This document shows positions 1 through 10,236 of a stretch of DNA of 64,000 nt, in pieces. Position 1 is the first letter of the stretch. Each line of letters begins with the position of its first letter. The position numbers and the translations under genes were made by a program. This DNA is from an uncultured delta proteobacterium (GTDB lineage: Bacteria; Desulfobacterota; Desulfomonilia; UBA1062): NCBI GenBank assembly GCA_963785235.1, contig CAWAUM010000001.1, positions 480,001 through 544,000 of the forward strand, read 5' to 3'. The notes beneath the pieces are model-generated. The model had not been told where the DNA came from. It did no database searches and worked only from the letters and a program-made list of their open reading frames with translations.

Positions 1-223
1 TCTCATAGCGGGGGTCCGGCTCCACCTTGTCGAAGATGGCATATTTGATCTTTGCAGCCTTGAAGGATTCTTCAATGGATTTCAGAAGTCCTGCACCGAT
101 AACGCCCTTGTCGGTTACGATCAGAACCCTTTTTGCCCCCTTCGCCTTTACCTCGGCGCCGATGGTCTTTACCGAGCCGGGGCCCATGACAATCCGCGGG
201 GTGGTGCTGAATATTTTCACCAT
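1..223 (-). CDS. Iron-containing alcohol dehydrogenase (probable 4-hydroxybutyrate dehydrogenase), 5' part; runs off the window edge
   Basis: Manual translation from ATG 223 gives MVKIFSTTPRIVMGPGSVKTIGAEVKAKGAKRVLIVTDKGVIGAGLL...FDKVEPDPRYE, a typical Fe-ADH N-terminus. AGGAGGAG RBS upstream. Last visible gene of the abfD operon. Confidence 0.85.
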   Translation of the reverse strand, partial: MVKIFSTTPRIVMGPGSVKTIGAEVKAKGAKRVLIVTDKGVIGAGLLKSIEESFKAAKIKYAIFDKVEPDPRYE

Positions 224-273
224 GTCTTTTAACTCCTCCTTTGCTTACCGTTCTTTACAAGACCCACAAGTTT

Positions 274-1580
274 CTAGACCTTCCTGTTATAGATGCGCTG
301 GAACTCCTTCTTCAGATCACCCCTGAAGTCCGGGTGGGCAATGGTGATGAGGGCCTTGGCCCTTGCCGGGACGGATTTACCCCTGAGATCTGCGATGCCG
401 TATTCGGTCACCACGTAGTGGATGTCGCTGCGGGTGGTGGTGACAACGGCCCCCTCGTCCAGGTGCGGCACGATCCGCGAGATCTTGTCTCCCGATGCCG
501 TGGAGTGGAAGGCCAGGATGGAGCGGCCGCCCTTTGACCATGCTGCGCCCCTGATGAAGTCGGCCTGTCCGCCGGTGCCGCTGAATTGTTTGTACCCGAT
601 GGACTCGGAGGCCGCCTGTCCGGTGAGGTCCACCTGGAGCGTGGAGTTGACGGAGACCATGTTGTTGTTCTGGGCGATGATGGCAGGGTTGTTGGTGTAG
701 TCCACGGAGAACATCTGGACCATGGGGTTGTTGTGCACAAACTTGTAGAGCTTCTCGGTGCCCATGAAGAAGGTGGCCACCATCTTGCCCGGGTGGAAGT
801 TCTTCTTGGCGCAGGTGATGACGCCGGCTTCCACCAGGTCCACCACGCCGTCCGAGAACATCTCGGTGTGGATGCCCAGGTCTTTTTTCTGTTTCAGGAA
901 ACCCAGGATGGAGTCGGGTACGGCGCCGATTCCGAGCTGGAGGCAATCGCCGTCTCTGATGAGCTCCGCACAGTAACCGCCGATCTTCTCGTCGATCTCC
1001 TGATATCCTTGGCGGCTGCAGTATGATGGGGCTGGAGTCGCGTCTCAACGATGCAGTCAATCTGTGAGACATGGATGAAGGCGTCACCCAGAGTCCTGGG
1101 CATGTTCGGCGTCACCTCTGCGATTACGAGCTTGGAGCTCTCTGCCGCGGGCTTGGTATAGTCCACCGAAACGCCGAAGGAACAGAAACCGTGCTCATCC
1201 GGCAGGGAGACCATGCACAGGGTGACATCCACAGGCAGGATCTTTTCAATGAACAGCCTGGGGATCTGGCTGAAATGGGACACGGTGAAACAGGCCCTGC
1301 CGTCATGGATGGCCTTGCGTGTTGTGGCGCCTGCAAACAGCGAGTTATGCACAAAGTGCTTTTCCATCTCGGGCAGGCAGTATTCAGAGGCGCCCATGGA
1401 GACCATGTGCACGATCTCCACGTTCTTGTAGGCATCTTTGTTCTTCACAAGGGCCTTTAACAGGACCTCGGGAGATCCGCTGGCATGTGCCACCACGACC
1501 CGGTTGCCGGACTTGATGCGGCTCACCGCCTCATGTGCACTGACGACCCTGCTTTTGTAGATCTCACGCCAGTTTTTCAA
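274..1580 (-). CDS. Acetyl-CoA hydrolase/transferase family, 4-hydroxybutyrate CoA-transferase (Cat2/AbfT-like); frameshifted near 1000-1045
   Basis: ORFs 894-1580 and 274-861 join into one protein. Motifs: FCSFGVSVDY, LQLGIG, LGIHTEMFSDG, SGTGGQADFIRGA, VVTEYGIADLRGK. Confidence 0.9.
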
Positions 1581-1885
1581 CGCCTACTCCTTTGTTGTGG
1601 TTTTCAATTACCTTTATTTCCGCCATCCATCGCTCTGCATCTTCGGGGCTCGTGATGTAGCGTATGGGGACCTCGCTCACATTATCATCGAGTTTTGCAC
1701 AGGCGCTCGAACATCCGGTCACGATCACAATCATCTGTGCATCCTCGCTGTCCGCAGCAACAAATTCCACCTCTTGTGCAAGCCGTTCCCGTATGGAATC
1801 CACCATACGCGACACGGTCGTAGCCGGCCCGGCAGCCGCCGCAATACTTCAGGCCTACCTTTATCTTTCCTTGTCGATCCCGCAC
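1564..1885 (-). CDS. Small Cys-rich conserved hypothetical protein (KYCGGC...GCSSAC); frameshifted near 1805
   Basis: KIKVGLKYCGGCRAGYDRV in one frame continues as MVDSIRERL...VIVTGCSSACAKL in ORF 1564-1815. Overlaps both neighbouring genes. The GTG start at 1885 is tentative. Confidence 0.65.
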
Positions 1886-3319
1886 AGGTACTTGGCAATC
1901 TTCTGTTTGCTCTTCATGTTTACCAGCCTGGCGATCATGATCCGCTGGGCCTGGGGTGAACCTGCCCCATGCATGGACTCGGTGAGGTAGCCCACTGCTG
2001 CGGTGCCCATGGTGATGTTCTCGATGAGCCTTAATATCCTCATCCTGTACTCTGTGGGGACGTCGGCCTTTGTCTGGTAATATTTCTTCACCCACTTGCC
2101 CACCACCGGGGAATTGATGTCTGCCTCCGATGGGCAGGTAACCACCAGACCGCCTGCGATATCCTGGGCAAGCCGGGCGATCTCATAGGGGAAACGCGTG
2201 ACATTCTGCTTGTGCACATTGGCCAGAAGCACATCCACCAGATAGGTCCCGCTTGCCTCCTTGTGGCCCTCTGACGCGCAGGCGATGCAGCCGCAGAACA
2301 GTGTCTCGTTCAGGTGGTTCATCTCCACGATCTTGTCTTTTACATGGGATGCCTTCTCCGCCCCGTTGTACTCCGCAATGGTCTGGGTTGCGCCGATCAG
2401 GACATCGCCCACGCCCACCTTGCATGCGTAGCTCTGGCGGTGGTAGGCGGAGAAGCTCTCCACGAGCTGCGTGGTGAAGTCATATTCCTTGTACATGAAG
2501 ACCCGCTCCCAGGGCACGAAGACATCCTCGAAGACCACCAGCGCCTCATGGCCGCCATAGTACATGTTGCCCCGGTCAAAGGTCATGCCTTCGAGCTTCC
2601 GGGTATCGCAGGACTGGCGGCCCATGATGTAGGTGATGCCGGCCGTATCGCTCGGGACCGCAAAGGCAACCGCATAATCCTTGTCCTCTTCCCTCATGGT
2701 GATGGTGGGCATCACGATGATCTCATGGGAGTTGACCGCGCCGGTCTGGTGGGCCTTCGACCCCCTGACCACGATGCCGTCTTTGCGCTCTTCCACCACA
2801 TGGAGGAACATGTCGGGGTCGAACTGCTTGTGGGGAGGCTGCGAGCGGTCACCCTTGGTGTCGGTCATGGCCCCGTCGCAGACCAGGTCGTTCTCCTGGA
2901 CGTATGCAAGGAACTTCAAAAAGCGCTTGTTGTACTCGCGTGCCGTACTTGGCATCGATGGCATGGGTGGTGATGGACAGGGCATTCATGGCGTCCATGC
3001 CCACGCAGCGCTGGAAGCAGCATGCGGTGAGCGAGCCCAGAAGCCTGCCCATCTTGCTCTTCTTCACCAGGTCATCCACACTCTGGTGGATATGGGTGAA
3101 GCGGTTGATCTTCTTGCCCGTGAGGTGGGACTTGGCCGTCATGATATCTTCATATTCAGGCCTGTGGGCAAATTCGTAGGTGGCTGCAACGGCATTCATG
3201 GATGGCCTTATGATAGGGTCATCCACCACGTTTTCCACCTTCTTGCCGAACATGTACACATTCAGCTTCAGCTTTCTCAAACTCTCTTCATATTCTTTAG
3301 CGTTCATAAGCTTGCTCAT
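1861..3319 (-). CDS. abfD: 4-hydroxybutyryl-CoA dehydratase/vinylacetyl-CoA isomerase (HpaB-like fold); frameshifted near 2940
   Basis: Fe-S ligand motifs CFQRCVGMDA and YHRQSYACK, GAMTDTKGDRS, C-terminal ESMHGAGSPQAQR. Formed by ORFs 2849-3319 and 1861-2985. Confidence 0.9.
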
Positions 3320-3420
3320 ACGATCCTCCGTTTGTGCTATTCCTTGGATCAGGTTTGATTCTTTAGGGTTGCTGTAAAGTTATTATCATTAGGATGTTCA
3401 AGTAACCCCTGCCACTTAGT

Positions 3421-3436
3421 TACAAGAAGGGTGCCA
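3421..3436 (-). promoter_or_regulatory. Putative sigma-54 (-24/-12) promoter of the abfD operon
   Basis: Minus strand TGGCACCCTTCTTGTA = GG-N10-GT (non-canonical -12), about 100 bp before abfD, with a sigma-54 activator gene adjacent. Confidence 0.6.
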
Positions 3437-3547
3437 TGGTGTGCCGTTTGTATGACAATAGTAAATAAGATTAATAAAGTTAGATAAATATGAGGGTGGT
3501 TCCTTGGTGAGGACGGTAAAATTAGAGAGAACAAAGGACTAATAATA

Positions 3548-3735
3548 ATGCAAAAAAGCATCGGCAATCGATTGACGCAGATCCAATAGCTTATTATTAT
3601 AGGTTATAGTTGAACATAATGCCCATCGATGCAAAAATGCATTTGATTTGAAATCGATGCCTTGTATCGAATCCGGAGATCCTGAGTCTCTATGGGGTTA
3701 TCAACTGATCTTTTCTTTATGATGTAAAAATGCAT
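3548..3735. promoter_or_regulatory. Three 14-bp palindromic sites, probable enhancer-binding-protein (UAS) sites
   Basis: ATGCAAAAAAGCAT (3548-3561), ATGCAAAAATGCAT (3629-3642), ATGTAAAAATGCAT (3722-3735), all upstream of the sigma-54 promoter. Confidence 0.6.
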
Positions 3736-3763
3736 CGAAACGGCATCTTAGTTTATTCCAGGG

Positions 3764-3890
3764 TTTGTGTTTAAGATGAGTAAAAAACTTGATCCGTTAA
3801 AAATCTCAATCTTGCAGCCTTGAAGGACCGATAAAATCAGCATCCTGAGAAAGGCTGCAAGATTGAGATTTTTAACGGACCTATTTTAAA
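3764..3890 (+). repeat. Dispersed palindromic element, copy 1 of 3
   Basis: Perfect 29-bp inverted repeat (3793-3821 / 3851-3879) with a 29-nt loop containing AGGACCG. Homologous to the copies at 47322 and 49357. Confidence 0.9.
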
Positions 3891-3931
3891 AGCAAGTTCA
3901 TCATTCTGATGCCGTATCTTTACATAAGCCT

Positions 3932-5731
3932 TCAGGAATACTTTTTGAGTTTCCGGGTGAGCGATGTGGAGTCCATGCCCAGGTGCGGTGCGGCCTTACG
4001 TGCGCTGCCGTACTTCTCAATGGCCTTCCTGATGATGGAGATTTCGATCTTGTCCATCTGTTCTTTGATGGTCAGACCGTTTTCAATGAATTCCTTGCCG
4101 GTTTTCTCAAAGATCTCTTTCGGGAGGTTATTGGGAAGGATGTAGTCGCCATGGGTGATGACCACCAGGCGCTCAATGACATTGGCTACTTCACGGACAT
4201 TACCCGGCCAGGAATAGGTGAGGAGATGGTCCATTGCCTCTTTTGAAATGACCTTCTTGGTGCCGTGTCTTTTATTATACCGGTTCAGGAAGAAGTGAAC
4301 AAGGTAGGGGATATCATCCCTTCGTTCACGCAGCGGTGGGATGTAGATGGGGATGACATTGAGCCGATAGAAGAGGTCGGCCCGGAACAGTTTCTTGGAT
4401 ATCATGTCTTTTAAATCCTGGTTGGAGGCGCAGATGAGCCTCACATCAACCTTGATGGGTTTGGTGCCGCCGACACGCGTGATATCAAAGTTCTGAAGGA
4501 CCCGCAGCAGCTTTGATTGGAGCAGCATGGGCATGGATTCGACTTCATCAAGGAACAAGGTGCCCTTGTGCGCCACCTCGAAGAGGCCCGGCTTCCCCTC
4601 TTTGCGGGCCCCGGTGAACGCGCCGCGGTCATAGCCGAAAAGCTCGCTCTCAAGCAGGTTCTCCGGGATTGCCCCGCAATTGATCTTCACAAAGATCCCG
4701 CTCTCCGCCCGGTCGGACTTCTCATGGATCTCTTCTGCGACCCGGTCTTTGCCGACACCGGTTTCTCCGTATATGAGCACCGTTGCGTTCGTTCTGCACA
4801 CGCGGTCCAGGAGCTCCTGGATGTGGAGCATGGGCTCCGAAACCATGATGATATCGTTGTCGCGGACCGAGGACTGCTGCAGCGACTTCAGGATATCCCT
4901 GTAGGCGGTTGTCATGCCCTTGGTATGCTCCAGCTGCTGTTGGAGCTCCACGAGCCCGGTCATGTCGCGGACATTGGTGACGATCATCTTGACCTTGCCG
5001 TTCTTGTCAAAGATGGGATTCCCGGTTACCAGGATGCTCTTGCCTGATTTCAGCGTCTGCTGGATCGTCACGGGCTTTTTCTGTTCTTTTACCTTCAGGC
5101 TCACGCTCTCGTCAAAGACCCCTTGTTTCACGAGATCCTGCATATTCTTACCTATGAGTTCGGAGGCCTTCATGCCAGTGATCTTTTCATAGGCCGAGTT
5201 GACCCGTATGGTGTTCGCATCACCATCGGTCACATAGATGCCGTCATAGGAAGACTCGATGATGGCCTCGATCTCGTGGGTATATTCTTTCATCTTGAAG
5301 ATGTCGTTGGCAAGCTCCTCATAGGTCTCCAGGAGTTTGAAGACGCTCATGACCCCGGCGATGTGTCCGTTTAAGAGGATAGGGAGTCGGTGGCTGACCA
5401 GAGGGGTCCCATCATGCTGGGCCGGCACATTGAGCTGAGGTTCGCCTGTTTCAATGATAGCAAGGTATTCCTTCCAGAGATCTTTGTCGATATCGTGGAT
5501 TCTTACCGCCCCATTCGACAGGTTCTGGTGAAAATTAAGTAAAGACCTTGCAAAAGGATTTATGAACAACACATATCCCTGACAATCTGTAGCAATAATC
5601 CCGAAATTGGCTGAGTTCAGGATCGTTTCGCAAAGGACCTCTGCCGGTATTGGTTGATCGCATTTCTGTGGGTGGTGATGCAGATCTGCATTTGAGTTTT
5701 TTAACGGGCTGTTTTCAGATTTTTTCTTCAT
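3932..5731 (-). CDS. PAS-PAS sigma-54-dependent transcriptional activator (Fis-type HTH)
   Basis: GETGVGK, ESELFGY, GAFTGA, LFLDEV, WPGNVRE, C-terminal HTH, two N-terminal PAS-like regions. Confidence 0.95.
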   Translation of the reverse strand: MKKKSENSPLKNSNADLHHHPQKCDQPIPAEVLCETILNSANFGIIATDCQGYVLFINPFARSLLNFHQNLSNGAVRIHDIDKDLWKEYLAIIETGEPQLNVPAQHDGTPLVSHRLPILLNGHIAGVMSVFKLLETYEELANDIFKMKEYTHEIEAIIESSYDGIYVTDGDANTIRVNSAYEKITGMKASELIGKNMQDLVKQGVFDESVSLKVKEQKKPVTIQQTLKSGKSILVTGNPIFDKNGKVKMIVTNVRDMTGLVELQQQLEHTKGMTTAYRDILKSLQQSSVRDNDIIMVSEPMLHIQELLDRVCRTNATVLIYGETGVGKDRVAEEIHEKSDRAESGIFVKINCGAIPENLLESELFGYDRGAFTGARKEGKPGLFEVAHKGTLFLDEVESMPMLLQSKLLRVLQNFDITRVGGTKPIKVDVRLICASNQDLKDMISKKLFRADLFYRLNVIPIYIPPLRERRDDIPYLVHFFLNRYNKRHGTKKVISKEAMDHLLTYSWPGNVREVANVIERLVVITHGDYILPNNLPKEIFEKTGKEFIENGLTIKEQMDKIEISIIRKAIEKYGSARKAAPHLGMDSTSLTRKLKKYS

Positions 5732-5909
5732 AGTGAATAGCGGTTCATCAGGTAGTTAATTTTTATCAAATCTTAGTTCTCCTGTTTAGCTAATAGTTGC
5801 CATATGTCATGATGTCAATAATCAGTACAAACTGTTGTATTATGAAGATGAAGTTTTATAACCTAGTGACGGATTGTATGAGTGTGGCGATTGTGATAAG
5901 GGTGCGGCC

Positions 5910-6834
5910 ATGAAGGCGGCAGTCATTGGTGCGGCGAGAAATCATAATGGCATCGGAGAGTACATTGCCAAATATCTCCATGAAAACGATGTAGAGGTAG
6001 CGTGTATTCTGGGTTCAACGCACATCAGCGCGTCTTCAGCAGCGGCCAATCTCACCAAGCATGGCATTAAGGCAAGGGCCTATACAAGCTTTTCGCAGAT
6101 GATGCGGGATGCCCGGATAGATTGCGTTGCAATTGCATCACCCTCACATACCCACAAGCAGTTTATCGAGGAGTGCATTGATGAGGGTGTGCATATCTTC
6201 TGCGAAAAGCCGTTTATATCTCCGGATATGCCCCATCAGGATGCATGGATTGAGAATGCCTTCTTTCGGGCGCAAGAAAAGGGGATAGTGATTGCCATGA
6301 ACTCTCAATGGCCTTTCTGCCTGCCCTACTATGAAGAACTCTGCGGTATGACCTGACTCTGAAGGAATAAAGGAGTTCTCTATACGGCTATCCCCACTTT
6401 CCCTGGGAAGGGAGATGATCCCTGATTCCGTACCTCATGCCCTGAGCCTTTTGTATTCCGCAGCAGGCACTGGGACAATTGATGACCTGGCCTTTGACAA
6501 GGGAGATGATGCATTGAAGATAAGATTCAATTACCTTGCCGAGCAAAAAAGATGTGAAGTAATGATAGACATGGTAAGGGAAATTGAACAACCCAGGACG
6601 TTTTCCTTCGGGTTCAACGGCTTAATTGTAAGGAGGCACATCGATCTTGGGACATATACATTACACTTGACTTATAAGGATAAAATCCTGAAGATAGCAG
6701 ATCCGCTGGGGCTTTCCGTTCGCGATTTCGTCATTGCCGCTCGAACCGGGGGCGAACCGCTGCTGGGAACGCGGCACATAAGGCATACCGCCTCGATGCT
6801 CCGGCAGATCTATGCAGAATACTCAGGTGCATAA
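5910..6834 (+). CDS. Gfo/Idh/MocA family oxidoreductase; frameshifted near 6355-6390
   Basis: MKAAVIGA...GIG Rossmann start, IASPSHTH, HIFCEKP. C-terminal part lies in ORF 6415-6834. Confidence 0.75.
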
Positions 6835-6843
6835 GGGGAATCA

Positions 6844-8061
6844 ATGGAACGATTGGAACAAAAAGAGCATGACTTCAGCGCAAAACTCAGGCAGGCATCA
6901 GTGGTTGAGGGCCTGAAAGAATATATAACCTGGCAGCGTACTGTAAGGAAATCTCCCGATGGAGCCCTGTTTCCGAAATATGGCCCCCTTTCCATTAACC
7001 TGGACCTGACTACGGCATGCAATTTCTCCTGCCCTCACTGCGTTGATTCGAAAATACTCAACAGCGGCGATTACCTGGATCTGGAGACCGTAAAGCGCAG
7101 TATCGAAACATTGCACAAGAGCGGCATGCGCTCCGTTATCATTATCGGTGGCGGAGAACCTACAATCCATAAGAACTTCGAGGAGATCGTGAGGTTCATC
7201 AGTGATCACGGGCTTCAGGTCGGCCTTGTAACAAACGGTTCCCGGCTCGACAAGGTTGCATCCATAGCGGAAATGCTCAAGGATGGCGATTGGCTGAGGA
7301 TATCTATCGATGCCGGAAAAGAGAGTACCTTTTTCAAGTCTCACAGACCCCGGGGAAGAGTCTCTCTTGAGAGTATTCTGGGTAATGCGCGGCAGGTCAA
7401 AAGGCTTAATAGCAAAATAACCCTGGGCTACTCATATGTTATAGCATGGGAAGGGATTTCGGTGAATGGTCATGAGCTCACCGCAAACATCAATGAGATG
7501 GACCTGGCCGTGAACCTTGCAAAAGAATATGCCTTTGACTATGTTTCATTCAAGCCCTGTTTGCTGCGGCTCGAAAGCTCCCAGAAGGAGTCGCTCTTCG
7601 ATACTCCGGACCATGAGCGGGAGGCGCAGATCATCGAAGACATCAAAAACAAGCTGGCCCAAGTCAAGGAAGCAAGTGGAACTGATCTGAAAATATTGGA
7701 AAGTGTAAATCTGCATGCCATGTTGAATCAGAAGGTTCATGAGCTGAAAATTCAGCCCGAGGTATGCCATAGCCAGTTTTTCAGGACGGTCCTGGCCCCG
7801 GGCGGCATATTCCATTGTCCGGCTTTCAGAGGGGTGGAGCAGGCAAAGATCGGAGACGCATCCGGATATCGGGGCAAGGCGAATCTTGATTTTACCCAGA
7901 AACGTCTGGAACACTCCATCAGGGCGTTTAATGCACAACTCGAATGTTCGCAGATCGCGTGCTTCTATCATCATGTGAACTGGTGGATTGAGAATTTCAT
8001 AGAGTCTGACAATGATGTTGCTGATATTCCTGTTGTGGACAATAATAATTTCTTTTTATAA
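6844..8061 (+). CDS. Radical SAM protein with C-terminal Cys (SPASM/twitch-like) region
   Basis: CNFSCPHC (CxxxCxxC), GGGEPTIH, VTNG, C-terminal CH...CP...CxxxAC. Confidence 0.9.
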   Translation: MERLEQKEHDFSAKLRQASVVEGLKEYITWQRTVRKSPDGALFPKYGPLSINLDLTTACNFSCPHCVDSKILNSGDYLDLETVKRSIETLHKSGMRSVIIIGGGEPTIHKNFEEIVRFISDHGLQVGLVTNGSRLDKVASIAEMLKDGDWLRISIDAGKESTFFKSHRPRGRVSLESILGNARQVKRLNSKITLGYSYVIAWEGISVNGHELTANINEMDLAVNLAKEYAFDYVSFKPCLLRLESSQKESLFDTPDHEREAQIIEDIKNKLAQVKEASGTDLKILESVNLHAMLNQKVHELKIQPEVCHSQFFRTVLAPGGIFHCPAFRGVEQAKIGDASGYRGKANLDFTQKRLEHSIRAFNAQLECSQIACFYHHVNWWIENFIESDNDVADIPVVDNNNFFL

Positions 8062-9071
8062 TGGTCATTGATATCAAGGGCATCACTAAGATCTGCGTCA
8101 TACACCTGAACCAGATCGGCGACCTGTGCTTTTCGCTGCCTTTGCTGAAATCGCTGCGTGATCACTTTCCTGAAGCATCGATTCATTCCGTTCTCAGGCC
8201 CTACCTGGAAGGGCTGCTCAGGGACAGCCCCTATGTGGACAGGATTATTCTCCGCAGGGACAGCTATCCGGCCAGGTTCGGTCTTTTAATGACCCTTATA
8301 ATGCAGCATTATGACCTGATCATCACCCTACCGCGCTCTGAAGAGGCGCACATGCTTACAGGACTGAGCGGTGCAAGGGTCAAGGCCGGCTTTGCCCATT
8401 CTCCATGGGATTTGGGTCTGGATGTAAAAGAGGTTATCCAGGGGCACAATTCATGGTTTAACAATGCAGCACTTCTTAAGCGCCTGGGTATCCCCATTGC
8501 ACAGGATAATTATGTGAGTCTCCTGAAGGTTGATGAGCACTCGGAAGTCAAGGGATTACCATGGCGTTATGCCGTTTTTTCGCCTGGAGCATCCAGGCGC
8601 AGACTTGCCAAGGCATGGGATGAGCGGAAGTTTGCCGAAGTGATCTCACGACTCTCCATGGAATTCGGACTGAGTTGTGTTCTTGTGGGCGGGGATGACA
8701 CTGCCGAGTGCACCGGTGCCATCACGACATATGTTGAGAACAACCTGACCGGAGGAGTAAGGCAGGTGGTTGATCTGGCCGGGAAGATAAGCCTCAGGGA
8801 ACTCACCGTAGTCCTCAAAAAGGCAAAGCTTTTTGTAGGCATTGATTCCGGGGTTATGCATATGGCTTCATCGCTCGATATCCCCACTGTGGGGATTTTC
8901 GGTCCTACTGATCCGTTCTATGTGGCGCCTCAGAACAAAAAAAGCATGGTGGTGAGACAAGACCTCGCCTGTTCTCCCTGTTACCTGAAGACACCCTGCA
9001 ACAATAGAAGATGCCTTGAAGAACTTGACCCGCCGGCGGTTCTGGAGGCATGCAGAAGGGTATTGCAATAA
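8061..9071 (+). CDS. Glycosyltransferase family 9 (heptosyltransferase-like)
   Basis: QIGDL, GIDSGVMHMA, FGPTDP, CSPC...C motifs. Confidence 0.9.
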   Translation: MVIDIKGITKICVIHLNQIGDLCFSLPLLKSLRDHFPEASIHSVLRPYLEGLLRDSPYVDRIILRRDSYPARFGLLMTLIMQHYDLIITLPRSEEAHMLTGLSGARVKAGFAHSPWDLGLDVKEVIQGHNSWFNNAALLKRLGIPIAQDNYVSLLKVDEHSEVKGLPWRYAVFSPGASRRRLAKAWDERKFAEVISRLSMEFGLSCVLVGGDDTAECTGAITTYVENNLTGGVRQVVDLAGKISLRELTVVLKKAKLFVGIDSGVMHMASSLDIPTVGIFGPTDPFYVAPQNKKSMVVRQDLACSPCYLKTPCNNRRCLEELDPPAVLEACRRVLQ

Positions 9072-9082
9072 GGTATCGAGGC

Positions 9083-10055
9083 TTACATCCGCTCCTGCAG
9101 AATTTCCTCAAGAGCATCCAGCACCATCTCTGCAGTAATCCCTTTCATGCAAATCGGATTTTCGCATTGCCTCCGGTTACATGGCATGCAGTCCAAGTCC
9201 TGCCTGACGACCCTGCCTCTCAAAGGCCCTGTCCTCTTGGGATTGGTGGGCCCGATGAGTGCGATGACTTCTTTGTCCAGCGCCACTGCAAGGTGCATGG
9301 GGCCGGTATCGCAGGTAACGACGGCTGCGGCGCCTGACGATTATCTCAGAGAGATCCTGAAACGAGGTTTTTCCCACAAGGTTAACGATGTTATCCCCTG
9401 CCATGGACTCGATGCGGTGGGCCATGGGTTCATCCGCAGGGCCTCCGGTAAGAACGGCTTGCACTGCATAGCGATGCACGAGTCCTTGCGCGAGCGATGC
9501 GAATCCCTCAGGGGTCCATCGTTTTGCACTCGTGGTGGCGCCGATGTTGAGAACCACATATTTCCCCGGGAGATCGACCGGAATCTTTCCTGTAGTTGCT
9601 ATGTCCCATCTGATCTCAGAGGGGGTTGCTCCGAGATAGCGCGCAAATTCGAGGTACTGGTGCGCCATATGCACGGTAGGATCGGAGGCAGGGATTCGCT
9701 CGAAGGGAAAGAGCCAGGTAAATTCCTTGCACCTCGCCTTGTCAAATCCTATTTTCCGCTCACTTTTAGAGGCCATGCAGAACAGGCCCGACTTGATGAG
9801 ACGCTGAAGGTCAAGGGCAATGTCGAACTCCTCGGACTGGAGCTCCTTGAGAACAACGTTCAGCGCCCGGGGCCAATGCTTTTTATCAAAGAGGATGGCC
9901 CTTTCCACGCTTGAATGTGAGGAAACAAGCGGGTAGCTCAAAGGCTCCACAAGCCAGTGTATGCGCGCGTGAAGCTTCTCATGAAGCGTAATAGCTAAAG
10001 GCAGGGTATTGATGACATCGCCTAAGGCGCCGAGTTTAATAAAGAGGATTTTCAT
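9083..10055 (-). CDS. Glycosyltransferase family 9 (heptosyltransferase-like); frameshifted near 9340
   Basis: MKILFIKLGALGDVI, DLQRLIKSG, then after the shift CDTGPMHLAVAL...IGPTNP...CMPC. Confidence 0.88.
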
Positions 10056-10236
10056 TGCATATCGTCTGTGAATGATTTTAGCACTCTATAGCACTGTTGG
10101 CATGAGAAACAAAGCATTGATAGGATATCTAAGGACATCAGTTGGTTGATGCGCTTGATTGCAGCACCGCTTTGATGGTATGCCATGCACGGCCCAAAGT
10201 ATGATTGGTGCGGATTCATGATGTCATGGAAGGGAT

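Noticed and set aside
3793-3879. Long palindromic element as an attC site or a simple terminator
   Set aside because: The GTT/AAC boxes are in the reverse order to attC and there are no extrahelical bases. The stem is far longer than a terminator and the loop is conserved between copies.
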